64,000 nt of DNA, taken from Atribacterota bacterium (lineage in GTDB: Bacteria; Atribacterota; Phoenicimicrobiia; Phoenicimicrobiales; Stramentimicrobiaceae). The stretch is taken from positions 28,924-92,923 of the forward strand of contig JAQUNC010000003.1 in NCBI GenBank assembly GCA_028717805.1, given 5' to 3'. A program made the translations under genes and the position numbers. The notes under the pieces are model-generated. The model did not search any database and had not been told where the DNA came from. It saw only the letters and a program-made list of their open reading frames with translations. Below, in pieces: positions 1 to 10,948 of this stretch (position 1 is its first letter; each line of letters opens with the position of its first letter).

Positions 1-3000
1 TATTATTTCACCTCTCCGAACGAAAATATCTCCATTTTCACTTTCTATAACATCTTCTTGAGCTATTCTCCCTACTATTCTCTCGTCTATCTTTTCAATG
101 ATATTTCCATCCACTTGTATGTCAGAAACCAATATGCCATCATTGGTACCACAATCTTCCTCAGTAATTATAACATCCTGAGCTACATCGATTAATCTCC
201 TGGTTAAATATCCTGACTTAGATGTTCTAAGAGCTGTATCAGCTAAACCTTTCCTTGCTCCATGAGTAGATATGAAATATTCTAGGCAGGATAATCCTTC
301 CCTAAAGTTAGACTGTATGGGAAATTCTATAATTTTTCCAGATGGATCAGCCATTAAACCTCTCATTCCAGCTAATTGACCAATTTGTCTTCGACTTCCT
401 CGAGCTCCAGAATCAGTCATCATATAAAGCGGATTAAAGCTATTTAGATTACTTAAAATAGCATTAACTACTTTATCAGCGGCATCTGTCCAGGCATTAA
501 TAATTTTTTCGATTCTTTCCTCTTCCATTATCAAGCCGTAGTTGAATTGTTCTTTAATTTTAGTAACATTTTTTTCAGCTTCTTCTAATATTTTTTCTTT
601 TTCCGATGGGATTTCTAAATCTATAATCCCGATAGTTATTCCCGATATAGTGGCATAGTGAAAACCCAATTCTTTAATATTATCTAAACAATTTACTGCT
701 TTCCCTGGTCCATACTGGCGATAAATGTAAGAAATAATACGGGCTAATGTTTTTTTGGTGATGGTCAAATCAACAAATTTCATATCTTCGGGTAATACCT
801 GATTAAAAATAACCCGACCGATTGTTGTTTCTTCAATACTACCTTTTATTCTAACCTTCACACTGGCATGAACATCAACATAACCTTCTTCTTTTGCTCT
901 AATAGCTTCTTCAGGATTGGCAAATATTTTTCCTTCTCCCTTTCCTCCTTTTTCCTTCATTGTAAGGTAATAGCATCCCAGTATAATATCCTGAGATGGT
1001 AGTGCAATGGGAGCACCATTTGCTGGTGATAAAACATTATTAGTTGCCAGCATTAACAATTCGGCTTCAGTCTGTGCCTCTGTAGATAAAGGAACATGTA
1101 CAGCCATTTGGTCACCATCAAAATCAGCGTTAAATGCAGGGCAAGCTAAGGGATGAAGTTGAATTGCATTTCCTTCCACCAACACCGGTTTAAAAACTTG
1201 AATTCCTAATCTATGCAATGTCGGAGCCCTGTTTAACAAAACGGGATGTTCCTCAACAATTTCTTGTAATATGTTCCAAACTTCTGGAGATTCTTGTTCA
1301 ACTAATTTTTTAGCAGTTTTGATATTATGAGCAAGCTCTTTTTTAACTAAATGGTGCATTACAAATGGTTTAAATAATTCTAATGCCATCTTTTTTGGTA
1401 ATCCACACTGATTTAATTTTAATTTGGGACCGACAACAATTACAGAACGACCAGAATAGTCGACTCTCTTACCTAATAAATTTTGCCTGAATCTACCTTT
1501 CTTCCCCTCCAATAAATCACTTAATGATTTAAGAGGCCGATTACCTGCTCCCAATACTGCATGGCCTCTCCTCCCATTATCAATTAAAGCATCAACAGCC
1601 TCTTGCAACATTCTTTTTTCATTCTTCACAATGATATCTGGGGCACCTAACTCCAATAATCTTTTTAACCGATTATTTCGATTTATTACTCTTCGATAAA
1701 GATCATTTAAGTCTGAAGTGGCAAATCTACCACCTTCTAACTGTACCATAGGCCTTAGATCTGGTGGAATTACCGGCAGTACATCCAGTATCATCCATTC
1801 TGGTTTACAATGGCTTTTTCTAAATGCTTCAGTAATCTGCAATCTTTTAACCATTTTTTTAGCTTTTTGACCAGATGAACGTTTTAATTCTTCCCGTAAT
1901 TCCATATTTAAAGAATCCAGATTAATATCTTTCAATAAATTTTTAATAGCTTCGGCACCTATTTCTGCTCTAAAATCTGAATCATAATGAGTATACAATC
2001 TATTTTCTGATTCTAATACAATATCTCCAACTTTATGATTTGTATTCCCTTGATTAATTACTATATAGCAGGATTCTTCAATTGTTTGTTTAGCCATAGT
2101 TGTTCTTTTTGACAATCCTGGCTCTTTTTCTAATAAAAGTGATAACCTGCTCTCCGATATTAATCCATCTATTTCCAATATCTTATAGGTTATTTGTTCC
2201 CCTGAATCATTCTTTTCATCAGTCGGAATAATCACGGGAACATTTTCGGTTTTATCCTCTTTTTTATCTTTAATTTCAGCAACTTCCTCTTCCTCTAAAG
2301 TTTCGATATCTAAATCATATCCTACATCTGAATGGCTAATGTCATAAGGTAAATTTTGTTCCACACTAAAGAATATTTTACCGAATATCCCCCATAACTC
2401 TTCCAGCTTTTCTTTATTGATAATATCTCCAATTTTATTTGGAAATATTTTTGTTTGGTTGACTCTATATAATAATTCTGCCTCAAAATTATCATTATAT
2501 AATTTATGAATTTTATATTCAGTTTCTGTAATTACTTCACTTTCTAAATATTCTTTAGAATCATTGTCAATATTCTCATTTACTTTTTTAACTTCATATA
2601 ATTGTTCTCTTCTTCTATCTGGAGCAAAGTAAAGGATTTTTTCTAAACTCCTTGGAGAAATATTTAGTAATAAAGCAAGTGGACTGGGAATTCCTTTAAA
2701 ATACCAAACATGCGAAACAGGGCAAGCTAATTCGATATGCCCCATTCTCTCACGTCGAGTAATTGATTTGGTAACCTCAACACCACAACGGTCACATATA
2801 ACACCCTTATATCTAATTCTCTTATATTTACCACAACTGCATTCCCAATCTTTAACCGGTCCGAAAATACGTTCACAAAACAAACCATCTTTTTCGGGTT
2901 TAAGAGTCCTATAGTTAATGGTTTCAGGTTTTTTAACTTCCCCATATGACCATTTACGAATATCTTCTGGTGAAGCTAATCCTATTGTTATAGCATTAAT

Positions 3001-3018
3001 TCTTTCAGAAATTTCCAA
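1..3018 (-). CDS. rpoC: DNA-directed RNA polymerase subunit beta-prime (RpoC). The N-terminus is in the window (TTG start at 3018) and the C-terminus runs off the window start. Not in the ORF track because no stop lies within the window.
   Basis: Minus-strand translation gives [83 protein letters not shown], then conserved [55 protein letters not shown] and [26 protein letters not shown] lies 7 nt upstream of the TTG. The frame stays open to position 1. Confidence 0.95.
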   Translation of the reverse strand, partial: MEISERINAITIGLASPEDIRKWSYGEVKKPETINYRTLKPEKDGLFCERIFGPVKDWECSCGKYKRIRYKGVICDRCGVEVTKSITRRERMGHIELACPVSHVWYFKGIPSPLALLLNISPRSLEKILYFAPDRRREQLYEVKKVNENIDNDSKEYLESEVITETEYKIHKLYNDNFEAELLYRVNQTKIFPNKIGDIINKEKLEELWGIFGKIFFSVEQNLPYDISHSDVGYDLDIETLEEEEVAEIKDKKEDKTENVPVIIPTDEKNDSGEQITYKILEIDGLISESRLSLLLEKEPGLSKRTTMAKQTIEESCYIVINQGNTNHKVGDIVLESENRLYTHYDSDFRAEIGAEAIKNLLKDINLDSLNMELREELKRSSGQKAKKMVKRLQITEAFRKSHCKPEWMILDVLPVIPPDLRPMVQLEGGRFATSDLNDLYRRVINRNNRLKRLLELGAPDIIVKNEKRMLQEAVDALIDNGRRGHAVLGAGNRPLKSLSDLLEGKKGRFRQNLLGKRVDYSGRSVIVVGPKLKLNQCGLPKKMALELFKPFVMHHLVKKELAHNIKTAKKLVEQESPEVWNILQEIVEEHPVLLNRAPTLHRLGIQVFKPVLVEGNAIQLHPLACPAFNADFDGDQMAVHVPLSTEAQTEAELLMLATNNVLSPANGAPIALPSQDIILGCYYLTMKEKGGKGEGKIFANPEEAIRAKEEGYVDVHASVKVRIKGSIEETTIGRVIFNQVLPEDMKFVDLTITKKTLARIISYIYRQYGPGKAVNCLDNIKELGFHYATISGITIGIIDLEIPSEKEKILEEAEKNVTKIKEQFNYGLIMEEERIEKIINAWTDAADKVVNAILSNLNSFNPLYMMTDSGARGSRRQIGQLAGMRGLMADPSGKIIEFPIQSNFREGLSCLEYFISTHGARKGLADTALRTSKSGYLTRRLIDVAQDVIITEEDCGTNDGILVSDIQVDGNIIEKIDERIVGRIAQEDVIESENGDIFVRRGEII

Positions 3019-3182
3019 CCGAATTACCTCCCCGTAATTAATCACTACTAAAATATTTTAGCCCGAATAAATAAAAAATATTATTTCATTCTGACTTTTA
3101 ACTATATCTTTTTCAGTAACATTAATAAATCATTATATTTTAAGTTAATAAATATTACTATTTTACATTTTTATCTTTATGG

Positions 3183-6100
3183 TTAAATGAAATCTTGATC
3201 AAGTCTCTCCTTAGTATCAAGATCTTCTTTGATATCGATTTCTTTTCCTTCATGGTCTAGTACTTTAATATTTAAACAAAGACTTCTTAATTCCCTTATT
3301 AATACTTTAAATGACTCTGGAATACCTGGTACTGGGATGTTCTCACCTTTAACAATAGACTCATAGGTTTTAATTCTTCCCGTAACATCATCTGATTTAA
3401 CTGTAAGCATTTCCTGTAAATTATAAGCAGCTCCATATCCTTCTAAAGCCCATACTTCCATTTCTCCAAACCTTTGACCACCAAATTGTGCTTTCCCACC
3501 CAATGGTTGCTGGGTAACTAAAGAATAAGGTCCTGTAGAACGAGCATGTATCTTATCATCCACTAAATGAATGAGTTTTAGTATATAGCTGTAACCCACA
3601 GTAACCTTTTGATCGAAAGGCAGTCCAGTTCTACCATCATATAATATACTTTTTCCATCACGAGGCAAACCAGCATCAATTAAAGCTTTTGCAATATCAT
3701 CTTCAGTAGCTCCATTAAATACTGGTGTAAATATGTTATAGCTAAGAGTTTTAGCTACCCATCCTAAATGAACCTCTAATATCTGTCCTACATTCATTCT
3801 CGAAGGAACTCCCAGAGGATTTAAAATAATATCAACAGGGGTGCCATCAGGTAAAAATGGCATATCATTTACCGGTAATATCTTGGCAATTACCCCTTTA
3901 TTTCCATGCCTACCAGATATTTTATCCCCTTCAGATATTTTTCTTTTTTGAGCAATGAAAACTCTTACCATTTTATTCACTCCTGGAGGAATCTCATCAC
4001 CATTTTCTCTTGAAAATACTTTCACATCAATAACTTTTCCACGGTCTCCATGAGGAACTCTCAGAGAAGTATCTCTGACTTCTCTAGCCTTCTCTCCAAA
4101 AATTGCTCTCAATAGCCTTTCTTCAGGGCCTAACTCTGTTTCTCCTTTAGGAGTTACTTTGCCAACCAAAATATCACCAGGCTCTACCTCAGTACCAATA
4201 CGAATAATTCCTTCTTCATCCAGATTTGCTAAACTACTTTCGCCAATATTAGGTATGTCGGATGTTATCTCTTCAGGACCTAATTTTGTATCACGAGCAT
4301 CACACTCATGTTCGCTTATGTGGATAGAAGTAAAAGTATCTTCCTGAACCATTTTTTCACTTATTACAATCGCATCTTCAAAATTATATCCTTCCCAAGA
4401 CATATAAGCAACCAGGACATTTCTGCCTAATGACAAAAAACCCTGATCAGTATTGGGACCATCAGCAATGGGAGTATTTGCTTTTATTATTTGTCCTTCT
4501 TCAACTATAGGTTTTTGGTTAATACAGGTACCCTGGTTGGAACGACGAAATTTTTTTAAGAGATATTCTTTAGTAATGCCATGATTGTTTTTTAAAACAA
4601 TCCTTCGAGCATCAACCTTATGAACAACACTATCTTCTTCTGATAAAATAATTGTTCCTGAATCACTAGCAACCTTTTTCTCCATCCCGGTCATAACTAA
4701 GGGCATTTCAGTTTTTATTACTGGAACCGATTGTCTCTGCATATTAGTTCCCATTAGAGCTCTATTTGCATCATCATGATCTAAAAATGGAATTAAGCTG
4801 GCTGAAATACTAGCCATCTGATTTGGTGCTACATCTATAAAATCAACATCCGAAGGTGGCACAGTTAAATAAACATCTCTATATCTACATGGGACATTAT
4901 CCTCAATAATTTTATTATTATCAATTCTTATATTAATCGGAGCTATTCTATATTGATCTTCCTCATCTGCAGTAAGATATATAATATCCCCTGTTATCTG
5001 GCCATTTTCAACTTTTTTATAAGGAGTTTCAATGAATCCGTAATCGTTTATCCTAGCATAAATGCTTAATGAACCAATTAGACCTATATTTGGTCCCTCT
5101 GGAGTTTCTATAGGGCAAATTCTACCATAATGACTATAATGAACATCACGAACTTCAAATCCTGCTCTTTCTCTGGTTAATCCACCAGGACCAAGCGCAG
5201 ATAACCTTCTCTTGTGAGTAATCTCAGAAAGAGGATTGGTTTGATCCATAAATTGAGATAACTGGCTACTCCCAAAAAATTGCTTAATTACAGCTACTAA
5301 TGGTCTAATATTAATTAGTGCTTGGGGAGTCACCGTAGAAAGGTCTGGTTGTATAGTCATTCTTTCCTTGATTACTCTTTCCATTCTTACTAGACCAATA
5401 TAAAATTGATCTAATAATAATTCACCGATTGTCTTTACCCTTCTATTTCCCAGATGGTCAATATCATCAATATAACCTATTCCATAATAAAGATTAATTA
5501 AATATCTTATTGCTGCTACTAGATCATCTTTTGTTAATGCATTGCCCTTTTGGACAGTCACTTTTGGCTGGATTTTACTAATCTTATTAATTAGTTCTGC
5601 GTCCAGTATTTGAGCTTTTTGAGCAATTACTTCACCAGTTTTATAATCAATAATATCTTCAGCCAAGTATAATCCAATATTATTTTCATTAATAACACCA
5701 TCTTCGGGATCAAATAAATTAACAGTTGTATGTTCTTTCTCATTAAAAACTACAATTTCTTCATCATTATCATTATAAACATATATTTTATCAACATTAG
5801 ATTGGTTTATTAATTCGGCAATTTTTTTATTAATATGAACATCTTTCTTAACTAATTGTTTGCCTGTAATCGAATCATAAATTGCTTTTGCGGTAGTTTT
5901 ATCTAAAATTCTATTTTGAATATTTAATTTTTGATTTACTTTATATCTGCCAACATCTGCCAAGTCATACCTCTTAGGGTCAAATAATAACCTATCTAAT
6001 AATTGTCTTGTATTTCTTTCAGTAGGCGGTTCACTAGGCCTAAGCCTTCTAAATATTTCAATCAGTGCATCCTTCTTATTATTGGTATTGTCTTTCGCTA

Positions 6101-6806
6101 AGGTTTCCTTAATGATTTCACTATTATCAAATAAATTAACTATTTGCTCATTACTTTCATAACCAAGAGCTCTTAAAAGTGTGGTCGCAGGAATTTTTCT
6201 CTTTTTATCAATTCTAACGTAGATCATGTTATTAGTATCAAAACCAAACTCTAGCCAGGAGCCTCTGTTGGGAATAATTCTAAAATTATACAAAGTTTTA
6301 TTTTCACTATACTCTTCAATACCATAATAAATACCAGGAGAACGTATAAGTTGATTAACCACAACTCTTTCAGCTCCATTGATAATAAAACTTCCGCTTT
6401 CAGTCATCAATGGTAATTCTCCCATAAAAACATCCTGATCTTTGATTTCCCCAGTCTTTTTATTATGTAAACTAATTCTTACTTCTAATGGTGCAGAATA
6501 AGTGCTACCTCTTTCCCAGCAGTCGATGGGATCGTATTTTGATTCTTTAATAGAATAGCTAATATAATCTAACACAAGATTTCCAGTAAAATCTTGAATA
6601 GGAAAAACATCTTTAAATACCTTATGTAAACCAAAATCTTGACGTTTTTCCGGAGAGATTTCTCTTTGTAAAAACTTTTGGTATGATTGTTTTTGAATAT
6701 CAAGAAAATTAGGTGGATCAATATAGTGTTTTATTTTGGAATAGTCGAAAATATTCAATTTTCTATTCTGCACTTTTAACACCAACCTTTTTGGAGATTT
6801 ATACAA
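3183..6806 (-). CDS. rpoB: DNA-directed RNA polymerase subunit beta (RpoB), 1207 aa
   Basis: ORF-track protein contains hallmark beta-subunit blocks ([76 protein letters not shown]). It lies immediately upstream of rpoC. Confidence 0.97.
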   Translation of the reverse strand: MYKSPKRLVLKVQNRKLNIFDYSKIKHYIDPPNFLDIQKQSYQKFLQREISPEKRQDFGLHKVFKDVFPIQDFTGNLVLDYISYSIKESKYDPIDCWERGSTYSAPLEVRISLHNKKTGEIKDQDVFMGELPLMTESGSFIINGAERVVVNQLIRSPGIYYGIEEYSENKTLYNFRIIPNRGSWLEFGFDTNNMIYVRIDKKRKIPATTLLRALGYESNEQIVNLFDNSEIIKETLAKDNTNNKKDALIEIFRRLRPSEPPTERNTRQLLDRLLFDPKRYDLADVGRYKVNQKLNIQNRILDKTTAKAIYDSITGKQLVKKDVHINKKIAELINQSNVDKIYVYNDNDEEIVVFNEKEHTTVNLFDPEDGVINENNIGLYLAEDIIDYKTGEVIAQKAQILDAELINKISKIQPKVTVQKGNALTKDDLVAAIRYLINLYYGIGYIDDIDHLGNRRVKTIGELLLDQFYIGLVRMERVIKERMTIQPDLSTVTPQALINIRPLVAVIKQFFGSSQLSQFMDQTNPLSEITHKRRLSALGPGGLTRERAGFEVRDVHYSHYGRICPIETPEGPNIGLIGSLSIYARINDYGFIETPYKKVENGQITGDIIYLTADEEDQYRIAPINIRIDNNKIIEDNVPCRYRDVYLTVPPSDVDFIDVAPNQMASISASLIPFLDHDDANRALMGTNMQRQSVPVIKTEMPLVMTGMEKKVASDSGTIILSEEDSVVHKVDARRIVLKNNHGITKEYLLKKFRRSNQGTCINQKPIVEEGQIIKANTPIADGPNTDQGFLSLGRNVLVAYMSWEGYNFEDAIVISEKMVQEDTFTSIHISEHECDARDTKLGPEEITSDIPNIGESSLANLDEEGIIRIGTEVEPGDILVGKVTPKGETELGPEERLLRAIFGEKAREVRDTSLRVPHGDRGKVIDVKVFSRENGDEIPPGVNKMVRVFIAQKRKISEGDKISGRHGNKGVIAKILPVNDMPFLPDGTPVDIILNPLGVPSRMNVGQILEVHLGWVAKTLSYNIFTPVFNGATEDDIAKALIDAGLPRDGKSILYDGRTGLPFDQKVTVGYSYILKLIHLVDDKIHARSTGPYSLVTQQPLGGKAQFGGQRFGEMEVWALEGYGAAYNLQEMLTVKSDDVTGRIKTYESIVKGENIPVPGIPESFKVLIRELRSLCLNIKVLDHEGKEIDIKEDLDTKERLDQDFI

Positions 6807-6839
6807 AACTATATGTTACCATTAAAACTATAAAAAGTC

Positions 6840-6876
6840 AAGAAGATACCCATCTATAAAAAATAGGTATCTTCTT
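6840..6876 (-). terminator. rplL-rpoB intergenic hairpin (partial terminator / attenuator)
   Basis: Inverted repeat aagaagatacc (6840-6850) and ggtatcttctt (6866-6876) with a 15-nt loop. On the minus strand the stem is followed by tgacTTTTTAtag. The position matches the known rplL-rpoB attenuator. Confidence 0.4.
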
Positions 6877-6986
6877 CATTCATAAATATTTTACTAATAT
6901 TTTATTAATATGTAATAAAAATTATTTACCAATTCATCTACATTATAATGTTAAACATCGCTGATATTTTAAATAAAAACGTATGT

Positions 6987-7391
6987 TTATTTTATTTCAA
7001 CAGTTGCACCGACTGCTTCTAATTTTTCTTTAAGTTCCTGAGCTTCTTTCTTTTCAACCTTTTCTTTAACTGTTTTGGGTGCACCTTCAACAAGTTCTTT
7101 GGATTCTTTTAAACCTAGGCCAGTAGCAGCCCTAACTTCCTTAATTACTTTTATTTTATTTGCTCCAATATCCTTTAATACCACATCAAATTCAGTTTTC
7201 TCTTCCTCCTGAACAGCTGAAGCTACTCCTTGAACAGGAACAGCAGCTTGAGAAATTAACGGAGCTGCGGCACTGACTCCAAACTTATCTTCCAACGCTT
7301 TAACTAAATCAGCTAATTCTAATACTGTTAATTTTTCTAATTTGTTAATAATTTCTTGTACATTGTCACTACTATTTTTATCTTGAGACAT
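6987..7391 (-). CDS. rplL: 50S ribosomal protein L7/L12. The true start is the internal ATG at 7391, not the ORF-track start at 7517.
   Basis: From M43 the protein reads [39 protein letters not shown]...[22 protein letters not shown], a canonical L12 N- and C-domain. AAAGAGGT SD lies upstream of the ATG at 7389-7391. The 42-aa Lys-rich extension upstream is AT-rich intergenic read-through. Confidence 0.9.
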   Translation of the reverse strand: MSQDKNSSDNVQEIINKLEKLTVLELADLVKALEDKFGVSAAAPLISQAAVPVQGVASAVQEEEKTEFDVVLKDIGANKIKVIKEVRAATGLGLKESKELVEGAPKTVKEKVEKKEAQELKEKLEAVGATVEIK

Positions 7392-7554
7392 TTTTACCTC
7401 TTTTTTGTTAATAATCTCTTCTTTTGCTTTCTTTTTTGGTGAATTTTCTGTTATCTTTTTTTCTTTTACTATTTCACGATTATCTTCTTTTTTTCCCTTT
7501 TCAACCAATTTTTTCACCTCCCTTCATCTTTTTATTCATCTTATTCATTACAAT

Positions 7555-8091
7555 TTATAATGTTTTCCCTGATTTATTTTTATGAATCTGCTCTAGTACA
7601 TTTACTAATTCAAATAAAGGTGATTTTAAAGCAAAAACAAATGAATTAGTAGAGCTTTTCATATTACCAATTATATTAGCCAATAATTCATCTCTGCTAG
7701 GTAAGCAAGCAATTCTCTCTAATTGTTCTCCTGAAAATATTTTTCCTTCAAGTAAGGCTACCTTTAATTTAAATTGTTCTTTATTATCCAATGAAAACTT
7801 ATGTAATAACTTTAACGGTAAGAATGATTCATCCTTAGCAAAAGCAATAGCTGTACATCCAGATAGGCTGTCGATTAAATCATCTAAACCAACATCCTTA
7901 GCAGCAATTCTTATCAAGGTATTTTTATAAATTTTAAACTTAATATATTGTTCTCTTAAATTATTTCTTAGTTGTGTGATACTCTTAACATCGAGACCTT
8001 GATAATCAGATAAAACAATACTTGAGGATCTTCCCAATTCTTCAATTAACTCTTGGACGATTAATTTCTTTTCTTCTTTGGATAATGGCAA
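7555..8091 (-). CDS. rplJ: 50S ribosomal protein L10
   Basis: 178 aa protein at the position between rplA and rplL. N-terminal L10-like sequence MPLSKEEKKLIVQELIEEL... Confidence 0.9.
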   Translation of the reverse strand: MPLSKEEKKLIVQELIEELGRSSSIVLSDYQGLDVKSITQLRNNLREQYIKFKIYKNTLIRIAAKDVGLDDLIDSLSGCTAIAFAKDESFLPLKLLHKFSLDNKEQFKLKVALLEGKIFSGEQLERIACLPSRDELLANIIGNMKSSTNSFVFALKSPLFELVNVLEQIHKNKSGKTL

Positions 8092-8303
8092 TTAATTTTC
8101 TCCTTTCTATAATTATAATATCATTTATAATAACTAAAAAATCCTACCTTAGACCAAATCAATAAGGAAGGATTTATTCCTGAATTCCTCAGCAGGCTGG
8201 TTTACAACCAATTATACCTTTTTATTTATCTCAGAATCTTCCTTTGCTAGTACCTGCGATCTAAGGATTGATTATATAATATTTTATTTAAAATAGATAT
8301 ACT
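8092..8303 (-). promoter_or_regulatory. Putative rplJ-rplL leader (L10 autoregulatory leader region)
   Basis: 212-nt untranslated region between rplA stop and rplJ start. Its position matches the conserved L10(L12)4-binding leader. No covariance model was run. Confidence 0.3.
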
Positions 8304-9014
8304 TTACCTCTTTTCAACCTCGCTTAATATTTTCATAGTATCCAGTTTAATACCGGGACCCATGGTGGAAGAAATGGTAACACTTAATATATAACGACCT
8401 TTGGAAGTAGGAGGTTTTGCTTTTAATACAGCTTCTATAAGGGAATAAAAATTATCAATAAGCTGTTCATCAGAAAAACTTATCTTACCAATTATAGTAT
8501 GCACAATACCAAAACGATCTGCTCTATATTCAACTTTCCCTTTTTTCACAGATATTATGGCATTTTTAATATCAAAAGTTACTGAGCCTAACTTAGGATT
8601 AGGCATCAAACCCCTGGGACCTAAAATACGTCCTAATTTTCCAACTACCTTCATCATATCAGGAGTAGCAATAACTGCATCGAAATCAGTCCATCCATTT
8701 TGAATTTTTTCTGCTAATTCATTTCCTCCAACATAATCCGCTTCAGCTTCTTCAGCTTCTTTTGCCTTTTCAGCTTCTGCAAATACTAAAACTCTACTTT
8801 GCTTACCAGTACCATGGGGTAACTCGACTGCTCCTCTTACTTGCTCTTCAGACCGACGTGTATTTATACCTAAACATATCGCTATATCTATTGTTTCAGT
8901 AAAATTAGCCCAACTTAACTGTTTTACCAGTGTTATTGCTTCTTGGATAGTATATAATTTAGTTTTATCATAATTTTTTGAGCTTTCTATAAATTTTTTA
9001 CTTCTGATTTTCAT
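8304..9014 (-). CDS. rplA: 50S ribosomal protein L1
   Basis: 236 aa protein with conserved L1 motifs ([29 protein letters not shown]). Synteny rplK-rplA. Confidence 0.95.
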   Translation of the reverse strand: MKIRSKKFIESSKNYDKTKLYTIQEAITLVKQLSWANFTETIDIAICLGINTRRSEEQVRGAVELPHGTGKQSRVLVFAEAEKAKEAEEAEADYVGGNELAEKIQNGWTDFDAVIATPDMMKVVGKLGRILGPRGLMPNPKLGSVTFDIKNAIISVKKGKVEYRADRFGIVHTIIGKISFSDEQLIDNFYSLIEAVLKAKPPTSKGRYILSVTISSTMGPGIKLDTMKILSEVEKR

Positions 9015-9105
9015 TATACTTTCCTCCTTGTGGTAGAAATGGATGATGTCCTCCCACTATTTAAATCAGCTTTTCCTATTTAAAATATATTTAATTAATG
9101 TAATA

Positions 9106-9528
9106 TTATTCTATCTCAATACCCATACTACGAGCGGTTCCTTCTACTATCTTCATTGCACTTTCTATGCCATTAGCATTAAGATCGGTCAATTTTATCT
9201 CTGCTATTTCTTTAACTTTATTCTTACTTATTTTCGCCACTTTGTTCTTATTTGGCTCAGAAGAACCTTTTTCAACTTTTGCTGCTTCCTTCAATAAAAA
9301 TGATACTGGTGGCTTTTTACATATAAAATCAAAAGTCCTATCTTGGTAAACTGTAATAATAACAGGAATAATAGTACCAATATCTTGTTTGGTTCGTTCG
9401 TTGAATGCCTTACAAAATTCCATTATATTGAGACCATGCTGTCCCAGAGCTGGACCAACCGGAGGCGCTGGATTTGCAGCTCCAGCAGGAATCTGTAACT
9501 TTATATTCGCAGTTATTTTTTTTGCCAT
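9106..9528 (-). CDS. rplK: 50S ribosomal protein L11
   Basis: 140 aa [43 protein letters not shown]..., a canonical L11. Confidence 0.95.
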   Translation of the reverse strand: MAKKITANIKLQIPAGAANPAPPVGPALGQHGLNIMEFCKAFNERTKQDIGTIIPVIITVYQDRTFDFICKKPPVSFLLKEAAKVEKGSSEPNKNKVAKISKNKVKEIAEIKLTDLNANGIESAMKIVEGTARSMGIEIE

Positions 9529-9613
9529 TTTAAATTACCTCTTTATGCTACCATATTTAAATATTATAATATATAAATAGAGAAGTATATCTAAATAAAA
9601 TAAATCTGTTAAA

Positions 9614-10140
9614 TTAATACTTTTCTACATCCGTGTATTCTAACTCTACCGATGTTTCTCGTCCAAAAATAGTTAAAAAAACTTTTAATTTACCTCTTTG
9701 AGTATCAATTTCATTAACTTTTCCAGTATAACCCGTAAAAGGACCTGTGATTATATTAACACTTGTCCCGATATCAATATCAATTTTAGGCTTTTTCTCG
9801 CCTTTTCCCATCTGTTTTAAAATATTTTTTATTTCTTGCTCCTTAAGAGCAATAGGCTTTCCACCAGAACCAACAAATCTGGTAACTCCAGGTGTATTTC
9901 TAACTGCATACCACGATTCATTATTCATTTTCATCTGAACTACAACATAACCTGGAAATACTTTCTTCTGAACATATCTCTTTTTACCAGATTTTGTTTC
10001 AAGCACCCTTTCTGTTGGTATTAAAACCTGATATATTTGGTCTTCCATTCCCATGGATTTGACTCGTTGTTCAAGATTAGCTTTAACTTTATTTTCATAT
10101 CCAGAATAGGTATGAACTACATACCATTTTTTATCTTCAT
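9614..10140 (-). CDS. nusG: Transcription termination/antitermination factor NusG. Codons for the conserved N-terminus (KKWYVVHTYSGYENKV) lie upstream of the ORF-track start. The only upstream ATG (10140) is in the +1 frame across an A6 tract (10127-10132), so this is an apparent frameshift or a non-canonical start.
   Basis: ORF-track protein (start 10054) begins MGMEDQIYQVLIPTE, which aligns to mid-NGN domain. Continuing the same frame upstream gives ...NEDKKWYVVHTYSGYENKVKANLEQRVKS before two stops, with no ATG, GTG or TTG. ATG AAG ATA AAA AAT GGT ATG TAG at 10140..10117 would read MKIKKWYVVH if the A-run were A7. Confidence 0.85.
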
Positions 10141-10210
10141 TAGACCTTATAATCTTTCATCACTCTCCAGATAGGGTTGTATAATTTAACTCTTCTTAAT
10201 TATATATTCA

Positions 10211-10432
10211 TTACTGTAAAATTATGGAAACTACTCGAGAAAAGAAAAGGTCAATCAATCCTAAATAGATGGCAACCAGGACAACCATAACCATTACTAC
10301 AATAGTGCTGCTGATTAACTGTTTCCTATTTGGCCAGGTAACTTTTTTTAGTTCCATTTTAGCTTCTTTAATAAAACTAACTATTTTTTGAAAAAATTGA
10401 CTAATTTTCATTTTCCACCTTTTCAGCAACAT
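10211..10432 (-). CDS. secE: Preprotein translocase subunit SecE
   Basis: 73 aa single-TM protein at the conserved position between tRNA-Trp/rpmG and nusG. Confidence 0.8.
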   Translation of the reverse strand: MLLKRWKMKISQFFQKIVSFIKEAKMELKKVTWPNRKQLISSTIVVMVMVVLVAIYLGLIDLFFSRVVSIILQ

Positions 10433-10450
10433 TTATAATTTTTTGTTATC

Positions 10451-10526
10451 TGGCAGGCCCGGCAGGATTTGAACCTGCAACCCCCGGATTTGGAGTCCGG
10501 TGCTCTCCCATTAGAGCTACGGACCT
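10451..10526 (-). tRNA. tRNA-Trp (anticodon CCA)
   Basis: Hand-folded cloverleaf from the minus strand: acceptor aggtccg/cgggcct, D-arm gctc-taatggga-gagc, anticodon arm ccgga-ctCCAaa-tccgg, T-arm gcagg-ttcaaat-cctgc, discriminator g, encoded CCA. Confidence 0.9.
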
Positions 10527-10574
10527 GCATATTATTTTCTGCTATTGTTAAAATATATTATAAAAAATAGAATA

Positions 10575-10724
10575 TCACTTTGTTTCTTTATGTAAAGTAT
10601 GTTTTCTACAAAACTTACAATACTTTTTTAAGGAAATCTTTCCAGCTGTATTTTTCTTATTCTTATAACTATAATAATTTCGATTACTACACTCTGAACA
10701 AGCTAAAGTTATTCTTTCTCTCAT
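10575..10724 (-). CDS. rpmG: 50S ribosomal protein L33 (49 aa). Not in the ORF track.
   Basis: Minus-strand translation [49 protein letters not shown], with the CxxC...CxxC zinc ribbon typical of L33. Position between tuf and secE. Confidence 0.85.
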   Translation of the reverse strand: MRERITLACSECSNRNYYSYKNKKNTAGKISLKKYCKFCRKHTLHKETK

Positions 10725-10761
10725 CCTTTTTCCCCTCTATTAGAGAAAATTTACGAAACTT

Positions 10762-10790
10762 AATCTAACACATTTTAGCATACCTGTCAA
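10762..10790 (-). promoter_or_regulatory. Candidate sigma-A promoter for rpmG-secE-nusG-rplKAJL
   Basis: Minus strand TTGACA (10785-10790), 17-nt spacer, TAGATT (10762-10767). Located downstream of the tuf terminator and 38 nt upstream of the rpmG start. Confidence 0.3.
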
Positions 10791-10883
10791 GCTACTAATT
10801 ATTTATTATCTTTTAGTAATTTAATTTTTATTTCTTTAATTTACTTTTTATAAAAACTTTTTACTCAACAAAAATTACAATAA

Positions 10884-10912
10884 TTAAGACTGGGGTAAAA
10901 TCCCAGTCTTAA
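10884..10912 (-). terminator. Rho-independent terminator downstream of tuf
   Basis: Perfect 11-bp inverted repeat ttaagactggg / cccagtcttaa with a 7-nt loop. On the minus strand it is followed by the U-rich ttattgtaattttt. Confidence 0.6.
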
Positions 10913-10948
10913 TTCATTATCATATATTTTTTATATGTAATTCTTAAA

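Noticed and set aside
2727-2945. 72-aa minus-strand ORF from the track
   Set aside because: It lies wholly inside rpoC in an alternative frame. The rpoC frame ([36 protein letters not shown]...) is conserved and continuous through this region.
3700-4600. Possible unusual insertion in rpoB (~110 aa between YKVNQKLN and [10 protein letters not shown])
   Set aside because: A segment of comparable length occupies this position in Bacillus-type beta subunits, so it is lineage-typical rather than novel.
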